63,714 nucleotides of DNA, filler included, from Folioceros fuciformis (GCA_049999805.1; 14 parts of 14 records of this genome joined end to end with filler, not necessarily neighbours in it); one strand, 5' to 3'; positions 35,037-51,915 are shown, numbered from the whole stretch's first letter. The notes: generated from the sequence alone by a model not told the origin. Numbers and translations are program-made.

Positions 35037-38000
35037 CAGAGATAGGTTAACTAACCAGGGTTAGTCCTAGACCTTTAAAAACCAATTTTGTAATACTTTG
35101 ATTATTATCTTTTTTAGATTTCATGCTTCCGCAACTTTGACATGGTATCAGAGCCATGGTCTTTAGCTTTTAAAAAAAAAAATTCCTTGGACCTTGAAAA
35201 TGCTGTTGAGTTATGGTGATGGCTTTTCTAGTCCTAGGTTGTTGATATTTGTGCATTTATAAGAATTGTCTATATATGCCTAGGCATATACATCTTATTT
35301 AGATGTATTGCTAGTTGTCTATTGTTGGAATTAGGAATTCAATGGGAAACCCATTTTTGTGATAAATGGTTCTGAATTGTTGGTTCAATGGCTTGAGGTG
35401 GGAGGCGGTCTTATGAGGATTTGCTGCCTTTGTTTTTGTGGAGACAACGTTGTTATCTTAGTAGGCCAGATCGAGTCAATAGACAGGGTGGCTACCTTGT
35501 GCGACAAGATTTCTTTGGTGACTCAGAGAGGTGGTATAATACTGGATTTCATTCAAGCAAAGCTGCTCACAAAAATTTCAGACACAAGACATTTGACGCC
35601 GTGCTATCGACACTAATTGATCGCCTCGAATCCATTGAGTTCCTCCTCAGGCGTGTGCTGAACAGCCAGACCAAACAAGAGTCATGGTTAGATTGTTTTG
35701 CAGTCAGAATTGCTAGATTGATTGAAGATTTTGGTGAAGCTAGCACCTTGGGTCAATCTTCATCAGCAATTCAAGATTGCCCGTCATGTGGATCTGGCAA
35801 GGCGCATCCTACATCACATGCACCCGTGCCCAGGCATCATCGCGACAAGCCTCCGCTGTGAAATTCGTGGCAGATTGGGAAGGACGCGTGTGCGGCCGGT
35901 GTCGTTTCGGCTCCTAGAATGTCTGCAGCCAAATGGACAGGGACGAACAGTTAGTTTACCGTTTCGTGTTCTAGGACTGGCTTGTCGTTTCGATAACTTA
36001 AGTTGTTGTTTTTTTTGGGTCATGCTATTGCCTACTGAAACTTAACATGGAACAGTGGAGTAAGTCTTACCTGATCTGGTTGTTGGTTGATGTTTTTGCC
36101 TCTGTGCTTGTTGGATGGATGAGGATGACTTAGATCTTGATTCCTTGTTCGAGTCCTTAACCCGCCTAGTCTTAGCTTCAGGTTATGTTGAGGATGTAGG
36201 CTTGGTTACTTGTCCTTCATAAGTCACAGTGGCAAGTCAGTTATCACAACCTCAGTTAGCTGCAGCCATGGCTAGCACGTATGTGTCTTCTCCTGTTCCC
36301 TCTATTGTTCCTAGTGGCTATGGAGGAGAATTCAAAGAAAAGGATCGGTTTGATGGAAAACCAACTAGATATGAGGGTTGGCGAGCTCGGATGAAGGCCT
36401 ACCTGGATGCGCAGGATGTGTGGGAGTATGTTAATGGTACCCTGCCTGATCCTCAACAAGATTCCAGCAACAGCCCCAGTCCAACCAATTGTTGATGAGA
36501 TTGCTATGTAGAACAAAGGCAATAAAATTGCTTTTGCTATTCTTCTATCTGGCCTAGATGAAACCACGGTGACAGAAGTTGAATACTTAGAGTCTACAGC
36601 AGCAGTGTGGAATTAGCTCAAAGAAACTTACCAGGTGCAGAATATCCTTACTCTGGTTGCTGCTAGGAATGAATTTCACTCTTTGAGGATGAAGAAAGGC
36701 GATTTTGTTGCTATATATATAAGTCACTTCAGGGTGTTAAGAGCTCAACTAGCTTCTGTGGGCAGTGTACTTACTGAAAATGAGGCAGTTGCTCAGTTGC
36801 TGTCCGGCCTTCCTCCCTCCTATCAGAGTTTTGTTTCAACCCAGAATGCTGCCTTGAGATTTTCTATAGCTGCTGTCTCTGCTGGGCAGGCACAAACACT
36901 TACATTTAGCAAGTTGACTGGTGCACTCTTTCAAGAAGAACAGTCCCGCCATAGACTTGGGGGACAGCATAAAAAAGCCAAGAGTGAGAGGGTGTTAGTT
37001 GCTACCAGAGGGAAACCATTTATGAAGGGCAAAGGAAAGAAGACACCTAGTGGCATAGGAGCTTCACTTACCAAGAGACAAGAAAATTGTCATTGGTGTC
37101 AGCTGCCTGGTAATTGGGAGAGAGATTGTCGCAAAAAGAAAGCTTGAGAGCCGAAGAAGGAGGTTCGGCCAGAGGCTCATGTCGCTGTGAAGGACAAGGG
37201 CTCTGCAACCACTTCTCGTAAGAGCAGCTCCACTATTCTTACAGTCTGTTTCACGTCCACCAGGGATTCTTCTTCTGCTTGGTTCATAGACTCTGGTGCT
37301 ACATCACATGTGTGCAATAATCATAGTCTATTCACCAACTTCACATCACAAACATCACCTCAGTTAGTGTATGTGGGGGATGCGAGAGGTGTAGATGTCA
37401 AGGGTTCAAGTACAGTTACCATTTCATTGTTGGAAGGTGAGGATATACAACTTGAAGGCGTTTTGTATGTACTTGCTATGTCCAAGAACCTGCTATCTGT
37501 TAGAGCAGCTACAAAATCAGGCTGCTATGGTTTTACCTTTGAGCATGGCAGTTGCTGCATGTACAAACTGTCAGCTCCTGGACTTTTCATAGCACGAGGA
37601 GAGCTTGTGGATGACTTGTATAGGTTGCATGTCAGTCCTTCTTCTCCCTTGGTGTATGCCTTGTCATCCTCCTTTGAAGCAATTATGTGGCACAGCAGGC
37701 TAGGACATGTCAACAAGGAAAAGCTCAACTTGATGGCTTCTCTAAATAGCTTCAAGGAGAAACTACATGCTTGTTTTAAGAATCTACCAGTGTGTAGCTC
37801 TTGTGTTCTTACTAAGCAGAAGGAGTTACCTTTTAAGAACAAGCAAGCACAAAGGGCAAAGTCAATTTTTGGAACTTGTTCATGCTAACCTTGCTGGAAA
37901 GCTTAAAGTCAAATCCTTGGGTGGTGCTGAATATTATCTTACCTTGACTGATGACTTCTCTCGATATACTTGGGCATTCCCGATCATACTTAAGAGTGAT

Positions 38001-41000
38001 GCCTTTGAGTGTATTGAGTCTTGGATTTCTTTGGATTAAAGACAGACTAGGAACCTCATCAAATGTCTTCGAATGGATCATGGTGGAGATTTTTCAGGCC
38101 ATAGATATGATGATCTGTTCCAATCACAAGGCATTATACATCAGTATTCCGTACCATACACTCAGCAACATAATGGAGTTGCAGAAAGAAAGAATCAAAC
38201 TTTAATGTGGATGATAAGAAGTATGCTCAATTGGGCTGGCTTACCAAAGAGGTTTAGGGAAGAAGCCATTTCAACAACAGCTTATATCCTGAATTGTGTG
38301 CTTACAGCAGCAGTTCTGGAAAAACCTCTCATGAAGTGTTCTGGAAGAAGAAACCAAGTCTTCTACATCTCAGGGTCTTCAGTTCTTTGGCATATGCATA
38401 TGTCCTTAAGCCATGCCGTCGTAAGCTTGATTATAGGGCAAAACCATATATTTTTCTAGGACATTCAGAGACTTCCAAAGCTTACAGGTTGCTTGATTCA
38501 CCTATTCAGAGAGTGGTGCTGGCGAGGAGTGTGGTGTTTGATGAACCTATTTCTCCTCGTTCAAGTCTTGCTACAGACCAGCTTGCTTCAGTGGGGGTTA
38601 ATTCAGAATCTGTTACTATGCCTGCTGAAGATAATTTCACTCCTGTTAGTTCAGCGACTAATCTTGATCCAATTGCACCTGTCCTTTCAGATGATGAGCT
38701 AAATGAGGACCTAGATGCTTCAGAAAGTTCTTCTTCTGGAGATGAAGACCAGACAGATTATGAGCCTCCAGTTGCTCTTCCTCCAGTTGAAGTCCCTGTT
38801 CAACTTGAACCTAGGTACCCTACATGTGACAGGCGCCCTAGGGAATAGTGGTATGAACCTCCATATCAGTCAATTGATTTTCGCCGCTCTCAAGCTCATG
38901 TTGTAGATTTGAGTGTACCTGAAGTACGACATGATCCCCAATCTTATGCTAAAGCATTTAATGGTCCTCATGAAGAAAAATGGAAGCTCTCTATTGTTGA
39001 TGAGTACAACTCACTCATTAAAAATCAGACTTGGGAATTGGTTGATATGCCACCAGGAAGAAAACCCATTAGTTGTAAGTGGGTCTTCAAAACTAAACTC
39101 AATGCTGATGGCACTATAGCCAGATATAAATCTAGGCTAGTAGCAAGGGGTTTCAGCCAAATACCAGGGATAGATTATGGTGATACCTTTTCTCCAGTGG
39201 TAAAACCCCCTTCCATTCGTATTTTGATGGCCTTGGCAACTGAACTTGATTTGGAGGTGCAGCAGATGGATGTCTACACAACATGTTTACATGGTGAGTT
39301 AGAGAAGACATTATACATGAATCAGCCTGAGGGCTTTGTGGACAAACAGTATCCACAGAAAGTTTGTAAGCTGCTCAAAACGATCTATGGTTTAAAACAG
39401 TCTCCTAGAGCTTGGTACAAGAGAATTATGAAGTACCTTAAACAGCTTGGTTTCCTACAGTCTCTTGCTGATATGAATGTGTTCTTCCTTCTGGCTGGTG
39501 CTCAGCTTGTCATCCTTGCGTTGTATGTGGATGACTGTGTGTAATTGAGTACCAACCTTGAGCAACTTGTCACTGTTGAAGAGATGTTGCGCCAAGAATT
39601 TGAGACGACATATCAAGGAGATCTTCAGTTTTGTTTGGGCATTCAGATTTTGAGAAATCGGTCAGCTGGCTTGATAACTATGCATTAGACTAAGTACTTG
39701 AAAGAAATTTTATGTCGTTTCAACTTACAGCATGCTTAGACCAGTTGCTACTCCCTCAGCAGTGGGGGTTAGGTTGACAGCTGAAGATCAGACCAGTGTT
39801 GACAAAGCTGAGATGGCAGCTGTCTCCTATGCCAAGGCAGTAGGTTGCCTCATTTTTCTCTCTAATTGGACTCGTCCAGATATCAATTACTTTGTCAGTG
39901 TTGTGTCTCAATTCTTGAAGCAACCTAGACGCATACGTTGGGTTGCTGTCAAACGGATTTACAGAGATTTGAAAGGCACAGTTTCCTATGGCCTACAATA
40001 TTCAACAAGTGGCAGTAAGAGGTTGGTACTTAACTCTTTTGCAGATGCTGATTGGGCCTCGGATACAGATTCTCGAAGGAGCCTTCCAGCCTACTGCTTC
40101 TTGCTGTCTTCTGCTGTGGTGAGTTGGAGCTGTAAGAAACAGACTTCTCTTGCTCTCTCATCAACTGAAGCCGAATGTAAAGCACTTATAGATGCATGCA
40201 AGGAGGTTGAGTGGGAAAGACAGTTTCTTGAATCAATTTAGCAGAAGCAAGAGGGTCCTACTAGATTGTTTTGTGACAACATGAGTGCAATAGCCCTTGT
40301 CTCGAATCCACGCTTTCATGCACATACCAAGCATATTGAGTTATACCATCACTATATACAAGATGCTGCAGAACGTGGAACTGTTAAGGTGGAGTATGTA
40401 AACACAAATGACAACACTGTAGACATTCTTACAAAAGGGTTGTTGAGGAGTCGCCATTTTCAACATGTTGCAGCTTTAGGGTTATGAGAGTTTACATAAT
40501 CCATGATAAATTACTTGTTTGGGTGTTGTCTGGTCTCTCCCCTATTTTGTAGTTCATCTAGTTTTTCTACTTATTGTCACAGGCTGATTGCCAAAAACAC
40601 AGAACCGTAGCTTCCTAACTTCTTCTGTTTGTTGGGGCTTGTTTGTGTCCTTGTAGTCCTGTCTTCTATGTCCGCGCTTGTGAGAAACCATGTAAGGGTG
40701 AGTATCCTAGTCAGGGGATGAAGCTGTCGTTCAGAAATCTAGACGTGACTAGTGAAGAAAAGTCTTACTTGCTTGCTGTTAGATCTCCTTGTGATATTTC
40801 CTACCACACACAGTGCACCTTCCATCTTGCCTAGCACAAACCCAGCATCGTTGTCTTTTGTATGGAAATCGTGGGGCTGCTTGAGCAGGTACATCTTCCT
40901 CAACAAAGGTCTGCTGATCATCTTCTTTAGCTCGCTGGGCTTCGAGAAGATTAGTTGCTTCTGCTATGTTGGTGAGGGCTACCTACAGCTGAGAGTTGAC

Positions 41001-41695
41001 GATGGCACCACTGCTGCTTGAGTTTTGGGCCAGATATCGGTTTATGTACCTTCTGTTCACCTCTTCCTCCTTCTCGCCTTCTGAGTTGGCAATGGAGTCA
41101 AGTGTGGTGACAGTGGCAGTAGGTTGCGAACTGAATCCCTCCTCCTATGCAGCTGTGTGTTGCACAATCCCAAATGGTCCGCACCACCTCACTCACAGAC
41201 CATGGAGAGCTTGATCATGGTGTGTTAGTAGCTCGGGATCTACTGAAGTGGGCGGTGTTGAAGCTGTTGGTGGGTGTTTGACGGGCGCCTCGTCTCCAGA
41301 AACTCCTTGGCATATGGCTCCACGGCTTCTCGTTCTTGGTGGCATTGTGTTGTGAATGTCTCGTGCCAGTGCACTGCCTTCACGTGATTCTGGTTGAAGC
41401 CTTGCGGTTCCTCAACTCTTATGTTGTGTCGGCGCGTGCTTGTGTAATGAGGGTGTGTCTTTTGGAACCCGTGTTGTGTACTTAGCCGTAATCTGTTAGC
41501 GATGTATGCCCAAAGCATGTTGGCTTAAGTGGGGGTGTTAATGGGGTTAACCCAACATGGGTTATTTAACCATAGATGGGTTATTTAGCCATAGATGGGT
41601 TAACTAACTAGGGTTAGTCCTAGACCTTTAAAAACCAATTTTGTAATACTTTGATTATTATCTATTTTAGATTTCATGCTTCCGCAACTTTGACA
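35037..41695 (+). mobile_element. Near full-length degenerate Ty1/copia element (5' LTR truncated ~35037-35142, PBS 35143-35155, gag-pol ~36268-40487, PPT, 160-bp 3' LTR 41536-41695)
   Basis: LTR copies match; PBS TGGTATCAGAGCC; gag knuckle CHWCQLPGNWERDC, PR WFIDSGAT, INT, RT (LYVDD) and RH in copia order; many stops and frameshifts. Confidence 0.95.
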
Positions 41696-43114
41696 CCCAC
41701 TTTGTGCATTGTCCAGATGATGCGTGAAGTGTACAGATGGCCAGCAGAGGAGCTTGGCAAACTCTACCTTAATTCGTAGTGCAATAAGGACCTGGTGAAG
41801 GAAGCAGCAACAACGCTTGTGGAAGAGAACTCCACCAACGAGTGGTTGATTCATGACCTCACGGACCCTCGAATCAGGGGAGTGGCTCGTCTAATCATCA
41901 ATTGGATGCTGATGACAAAGACAGATCACATAGCAAACGGAGTACTCGTACTCCTTGACGGGCTAGCAGAGGGCACCCTAGTCGATTGGGGAAAGTGAAG
42001 ACACCATCGGTCTAGGCGCCTCAGCCTAAACGGTGGAACATGGCCCGACCCATAGCCCCTAGGGTATTTCCTTTAGATTGAACCAACAAGACTTAAGCCT
42101 TAAAATACTATGCTAATTCCTAGTGTACATGCATATAGCTGTTAAATGAGGATGGTTTACATAGTTGCCATTGAAAGTTAGGCAAAAAATCATCATGTAT
42201 GATGCCTCAGAGAGGATTTTGAAGACATGGTGATGTCATGGTAACAAGTGCATGGAAGATTCAACCTTATAAGCTAGTAAAGCAAGGCAAAACCCCATAA
42301 GCTACAAAAGATAGGAACTAAAATAACAAGGCGAGAATCTTAATATGAAATGACATTGATGTGCGTAGGCCAACACTTAGACATTTAGGTTAATGGTTAA
42401 GCCAAACCTTTAGATATTTGAAGGATTCCGGCAAATATACAATATGAACATAAATACTAAATCTATCTTTCAATCATGAAAGGATTGACCATGACCCTTG
42501 CTATTCTCTGTTAAGGACACACAGACACACTATGCCATTGATGAGTCCATGCAACCTAGAAAGCCTGAAACTAAAGATTGAAAAAATAAAACTAAAATCA
42601 AAGTTCACTAGACTATCAAAGCTTAACCCACCAGCCCAAAGGTACAATAAATAAAAAATTTAGATATTCATATTCTAAGCTAATACAATAAATATATGTA
42701 TATTCTGTGGAGAGAAGATGGAAACTCATTGGCCAAGAGTGCGACAATGCCACGAGGGACAAAGGCATGGTGATTAGATTGCCAAACGACCATTGAAGCT
42801 TGGTCCAAATAAGAAGGGTATTCAACAGGAGCGACTCCATTTCTACCTGATTCTTTTCCTAGAGAGTACCCCTAGGAACTCCTACCGAACTTATTTTGAC
42901 GGGACGGATAGGACCTCACCTGGATGACAGAATATCATGGCACAAATACTCAGCATTTAATCATCTACTTGTCAACCAAAAAACTCTCACCTCTTAATCA
43001 ATTTTTTTCACCTTGCAAACGGACTTGAACACTGTGTTGGGTGGGCCAATTGGCCACAATTGACCAACACCGTGACAAGTGCACACATAGCCCAGCCCTC
43101 TCTTAGAAGGTGTG

Positions 43115-45960
<2,846 letters not shown>

Positions 45961-46506
45961 AGTTGCTGAATCTTGGGACCTAGTTCGGACGCGAATTAGA
46001 TCTGCTGGCTTCTATTACACCTCCTGCATCCCATTTCGAGGAAGTTGTCATGCACTAGTTCCAAGGGTAAGTTTTGGCTCGTAGAATCTGCCAACCCAGA
46101 TCAAGTCAGCTTCGGGATCAAAAAAGAATCCAGCATGCGATACATTGTCGCAGTGAAAACAACATTCAACGTTAAGGTGCGGTTGCGACTAACACATGAA
46201 GCTGTGCTCTCGCGGGCACCCCGCACAGCGCACAGTGGCGCTTCGACATCGTCCTGTAATCGATGTGTTTGGAAGCCCTAGGTACGCTCTTCATGGATCA
46301 TTGAACGTGACTGGGCTCAGCAGCGTGAGGTCAATTTCCGTAATAATGGACATTCTATTGGTAATGGTGTGTAAATGAAGAAGCAAAGACTCACACGTGC
46401 CTATATAAAACATATATAATTACGTCAGTCTATGTTCTTCACCTCCGCCATCCATATGCATGTATGACCATTTAAACCCTACTCAGGGGCTGTGCGCTCG
46501 CGCGCG
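45961..46506. promoter_or_regulatory. Short divergent intergenic region between CIPK and ClpT with G-box/ABRE-like and TATA motifs
   Basis: 546 bp between the two ATGs; CACGTG at 46394-46399, TATATAAAA at 46402, TACGTCA at 46421. Confidence 0.5.
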
Positions 46507-47568
46507 ATGGCGGCTACGATCAGCAGCAGCAGCAATGTACTGGTGCTGGGCCAGGCGCTAACGTTTGCGAGCACTCGGGACTCGGTTAGCTGTCGTCTTC
46601 GGTTGCATTTGAATTGGCCCGTGCTACAGCCTTTGAGATGGAAGTTGGCCCACTCCGGCAGGCAACCATGCGCGCGCCAGCGGATCTGGATGGTGTTGCC
46701 CACAGGGTGAATAGCCTACGCTCTTTTGCATATCCCCGCCTCGCTGTGTTCATTGTCTTGGGTTTGGTGGGAGCAAGGGGCGTCGCTTACTGTAACGCAA
46801 CACTTCCTGCGCAGGCAGCCGGATGGGAGCCGTGAGCACGCCCGCCCCCTGTGCGTGGCTCCTCCTCCACACATGTCAATGGTTCTGGGCACACTGACTT
46901 TTCCTTATGTTATGCGTTTGCAAACAGTCAATAACCGCATATCTCCAGGTGGTCAGCCAGAGCTATCAAGGCATTCAGCATGGCAGAGTTGGAAGCCCGC
47001 AAACTGAAGTACCCTACCACCGGCACGGAGTCTCTACTTCTAGGCATTCTCACCGAAGGTTGGCATTGGCGCACGTTTCTGTTATACCAATGGCGTCGCC
47101 TTGCTGCTCATTACTGTTTTGTTTTCAGGCACTAGCCACGCTGCGAAGTTCTTGCGTGCAAATGGCGTCACACTCTTCGGAGTTCGAGATGAAACAGTGA
47201 AAATACTGGGAAAGGCGGATATGTATTTCTTCAGTCCTGAGCATCCACCGCTTACTGATGCCGCCCAAAAAGCCCTTGACTGGGCTCTTGACGAGAAGAC
47301 CAGACAAGGTATGTAGTCGCTGCACTTCCAGGTTAATCGGTCTACCTGTTTCCCACTCCGGAAAGTTTCACTGGTGTGGGTGCAAGGCTGTGTTACAGGC
47401 GGGGATGGGGAGGTGACAACGTCGCACATCCTGCTGGGAATATGGTCGCAAAAGGAATCCGCCGGCTATCGAGTGCTCGCAGCTCTGGGACTTTCTGACG
47501 CGCAAATGGGAGACCTTTCGAATTCCGTCCGCAAATTTCATCCCCTAGAAGCCTGCAAACGCTCCTGA
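46507..47568 (+). CDS. ClpT: Chloroplast Clp protease accessory protein ClpT-like (double Clp-N domain) with transit peptide
   Basis: Exons 46507-46706, 46815-46850, 46949-47058, 47129-47308 and 47399-(47526 or 47568). They encode WSARAIKAFSMAELEARKLKYPTTGTE, FLRANGVTLF, DMYFFSPEHPPLT and HILLGIWSQKESAG. The exact C-terminus is uncertain. Confidence 0.92.
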
Positions 47569-48295
47569 ATGCTCCGTTCCAATCCGATGGACTTCTTTCA
47601 TTTTTGTGGTCGAGAAACGCATACCGTGGCCCGTAAATCTGAACATTGCTTTAACAGTCTTCGCAATTGTTTAAGTCAAGTCCTGTTCACATAGGAACCC
47701 GGCGTTCTGCGTGGGCCCGTTGTAAAGACTGGGGTAAATTTCGCCTTTTTCGGTATCTTTGTGTACTTGCGAAGCAACGGGAGACGCCGCTTCCCATGCG
47801 CGGAGGGCAGCGGGACAAAGTGGATCTGAGGGGGGTTGGGCTAGCCCTTTACAAGTAACGGGCCGGCCGGCTCTTTGAGCTTATCTCTCTCTTTTAGTAA
47901 TGTTATACCTTAACTTGGCTAAAGCTCCCCAAAGCGGCTAGTTAGAAGGTTGGTTTTCTGCGCTGCGACGGCGCTTATCGTTATTGGCTTGTAGCTCTCG
48001 GGGCTTTAGCCAAGTCCGCCTTTTTTTGGTGGGGATTGGGGATTAGTTTTGGCAGCTCTATGTTATGCTTCCTAGACACCGATCTAGAAAAAGTACCACC
48101 AGGATATCCTCTCTCGTCTACTGTGTAATATATACTGGCACGAGTTAGGCTGAAGAGTAGCCAAAAAAATAGCTGAAGAATATTCACGCGGCGGCNNNNN
48201 NNNNNNNNNNNNNNNNNNNNNNNNNNNNNNNNNNNNNNNTTAATTAATTAANNNNNNNNNNNNNNNNNNNNNNNNNNNNNNNNNNNNNNNNNNNN

Positions 48296-50997
48296 GGCAG
48301 GCACAACCTTCTTGGCACTGCTCACACACATGTATTTGTAGCAAATCCGAACATGAAGAGAACGTCCATTTTCCCAAAGCTGGAATCCAGAGCTGCCCCG
48401 TAACATCTTTGGTATCAGAGCCTATGAGCTAGCCACCCTTAGATCTAGGATCAAGGTCGGTAGCCAGGATCTAGAGTCCGAGTTCGGGAGCACCTAGAGG
48501 TGGTAGCAGCAGCTTCCCAGCAACCATCACCAGCGACAGAGAACGGACCAACCAGGAGGAGGGCATAAACTAGGAGGAGTCTTGGAAATTTCTCCAAGAA
48601 AGGTAGCATGGACAATCGCACCTTGATCCTAGCAGAGGAACCAGCAATCTCCAGCACAAGCGAGGAAGAAGACCCATTCAAAGGGATTGGAGAGAGGGTG
48701 TGCCGCCGCGCACAACAGCACCTCCGTGATTCCTCAGGAGGCCATCTCCCCCTCATTCCACCACCGGGGCCAGAAATCGCAGAAGTGCCTGCTCCCTAGG
48801 AGTGCCAGAGCCGGGAACACACTCGCCGCCTCCTGGCTCGAGAGGAGGTCGAGAATCGGTTGCAGAGGTGCATCAAAGCAATGGTGAGGCGTCTGCAGAT
48901 GATGAGATATGAGCATTGGGAGCGCCAAAGAGGTCGATCGAGTGGAGAAGCTCAAGGGGGAGAAGAATACCTGTTCAAACCGAAGCCCCAGCTCGACAAG
49001 GAGTTACACCAGAAAATCAAGACCACAACGTTCGACGGAAGTGCCAAAGATGCTCAAAGTGTGCATGACTGGTTGGACAAACTCAACAAGTACCTTGTAG
49101 CCTCTAACAAAGACGATTTGCAAAAGATCCCGTTCTACGTGATGTTGCTTGAAGGATATGCCTACCATTGGTGGCGCTAGAGAGAAAAACAGGTGGACCT
49201 CGGCATGGAACTGCCTGTGTACTCCTGGCTAGTCCTCAAGTAGCTCTTCTTGGAACAGTTCCTACCAGTGAATCATCGTAGAGACTTGTATCAACAATTC
49301 CGAAAGATATTCCAATAAGGTAATGTACAAGAGTAATGTGATAAGTTTCTCCAACTCACACTTGACATGCCCAAGGTGGATGAGAAGCAAAAGATCGAGA
49401 AATTCATCGATGGACTGAAATTCGAAATGAGAGCGGATGTAAACCAAACGAACCTAGCAACTTTGGTCGAAGCGATGCGAGCAGCCATCAATTATGGTAT
49501 GAACAAATACAAACACTTCTCTTCCACATGTCCCTCTAAGCCTAAGTGGAACAAGACAGCGAACCGTCAGACAAGAAACCAACTTTCAAAATACTGACGG
49601 AGGAGGAGAAGAAGGGATACAATGAGAAGAGGAAATGTTTCACTTGCATGGCACAAGACCACGGTTCAAAGAACTGCCCTTTCCGCAAGGACTTCATCAG
49701 CTGGTTGAGAGAAACTGGGAAGACCACCAGAGGGAGCCAACCAAACCCAAACCCTCCCAAGAGCGGACATGCCATCAACACAACCGAGGTCAGTACCCAT
49801 GCCATAGCTGCAGTGATCTCAAGGAAGTCAAATCTCCAAGAGGGTTACCTGACCCACGTGCCCATCAAACTAGAGGTTGGTCTAGAAGGTGCCCGAGCCA
49901 CAGCCCTGCTAAACTCTGGTGCCAATCATCATTATGTGTCGAGATCCACTGATGAAAAGGTTGGCCTGCAGATCCGTACCTCAGGACATGTGTCCACAGT
50001 AGTGACAGCGTTGGGCGAGCATGAAACGAGCAAGGAAGAGTGGATTGATGCACTAGTCACCTTCCCAGGTGGCTTTGCAGAAGTCTTCAAGTTGACTGTA
50101 ATGCCGTCCTTGTGTCATGACATCATTATTGGTAAGCCCTGGCTGGCCAAGCATACCCACACATTAGACATAGACTAGTTGTCTAACATAGTAAGTCTTA
50201 CAAAGGGGGACAAGACATACACCATGCAGGGTGAACAGTATACCCCTGACAAACAGTTGTTTGCAATATCTGCTTTCAATGTAGCCATTGCCTCTGGCAG
50301 GTTCATGTACGTAGCTAAGCTGAAAAAAGTCTTACCCCTAGAAGGAACCCCAGAGCCCAGAGCTGTAGAAGCCAAGGCTCATGAGGAACTCCTACCACCC
50401 ACCATGAAGTCACAACTACAAGAGTTCGAAGATGTGTTCACCGAACCAGCAGAACTTCCCTCTAGACGTCCTATCGACCATGCCGTAGAGCTCCTGCCAG
50501 GCCATAAACCCATCAGTATCCAGCGATACTATACGTCAGCCACTGAAAACGAGGAAATAAAAAAACAAGTAGGCGAACTTCTACAGAAAGGGTTTGTATG
50601 CCCTTCAGTGTCCCCCTTCGGAGCCCTAGTCCTTCTTGTTGGCAAACCAGATGGTGGTGGTTGGCGACTATGCATTGACTATCGAGGACTCAACCGGGCC
50701 ACAGTCAGAAATGTCTACCAGATGCCGAGGATCGATGAGATCCTGGACCAACTTCACGGTGTAAAGTGGTTTACCAAGATTGATCTGAGATCCGGCTTCC
50801 ACCAGATCATGATCAAGGAAGGGGATGAGTCTAAAACCGCCTTCCACACAAGACATGGCCACTTCAAGTTCAGGGTCATGCCGTTTGGCTTGACAAACGC
50901 ACCTGCAACATTCCAATGTCTCATGCAAGACATCTTATGACCATTGTTGGGGCACGGCGTAGAAGTTTTCCTCGACGACATCCTCATATACACACCT
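48296..50997 (+). mobile_element. Ty3/gypsy chromovirus-like element 5' half: LTR end (48405), iMet PBS (48410-48422), gag, PR and RT; degenerate
   Basis: TGGTATCAGAGCC; gag LLEGYAYHWW and CFTC; PR ALLNSGANH (catalytic D>N); [45 protein letters not shown]. Confidence 0.93.
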
Positions 50998-51097
50998 NNN
51001 NNNNNNNNNNNNNNNNNNNNNNNNNNNNNNNNNNNNNNNNNTTAATTAATTAANNNNNNNNNNNNNNNNNNNNNNNNNNNNNNNNNNNNNNNNNNNN

Positions 51098-51915
51098 TTG
51101 AGGCCTGCAGGAGGTCATCGAAGGATGAGTTGACGAATTCGGTGTTGTTATCAATCATGAGGGTCTTCAGGAGCTGTCCCGACTGCCTCTGGGCTATGGT
51201 AAGCCATCCCTTGAAGCAAGCATAGGTGTCGCTCTTCAGCTGCATGGGGTAGGTCCATGTATAACGGCTGTAGTCATCAGTGACTGTTAGAAAGTAGCGA
51301 GCACCTCCAAGGGAGGGTCCGTGGACTTTGCCTGAAATGTCCGCATGGACTAACTCGAGAACACAGGTAGCCCTCTCTGGAGGTGAGTTGGGAAATGAAG
51401 ACTCCTTCTGCTTGGCAATAATGCATGATTCGCACACAAGTAATTGCTGAAAGCACTTAGGTAGAAGTTCTCGGTGGCACTCTAGGGCTGACATATTGAC
51501 TAGCTTGGACCTATTGACGTGTCCTAGGCGGGCATGCCACAGCAGAGCCTGCTATGCCTGACTTAGGTTGGGGCCTGTGGTTGAGTGGGCAGCCTCTGTA
51601 TGTAGGTCTAAGCTGTGATAGGTGATATTAAGCCTGTATAGGTTGCTCTCGGGCACTCCCTCAAAGGCACATGTGTGGGGAGAGGACTGCTTGTAGAAAC
51701 AGCAGTGCTCAGAGTCTGCGTGCATGTAGAAAGCCCGTTGTCCCATGAGTTGGCTCATGGACACAAGGTTCTTGGCCATGCCTGGAACATAAATGACGTC
51801 TGTCAGGGTTAGTTCAGTGCCGTCATGGAGGCTGAACGCGTAGGTACCCTTGCCCTCGATACGTAGGCTTGTCTTGCTCTGCTCATCTGCGAGGTATACT
51901 TGACCTCCTTTTTGT
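51098..51915 (-). mobile_element. Ty1/copia protease-integrase fragment
   Basis: LTDVIYVPGMAKNLVS, LWHARLGH, CESC, LELVHADISG, TDDYSRYTW; related to 11751-12360. Confidence 0.92.
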
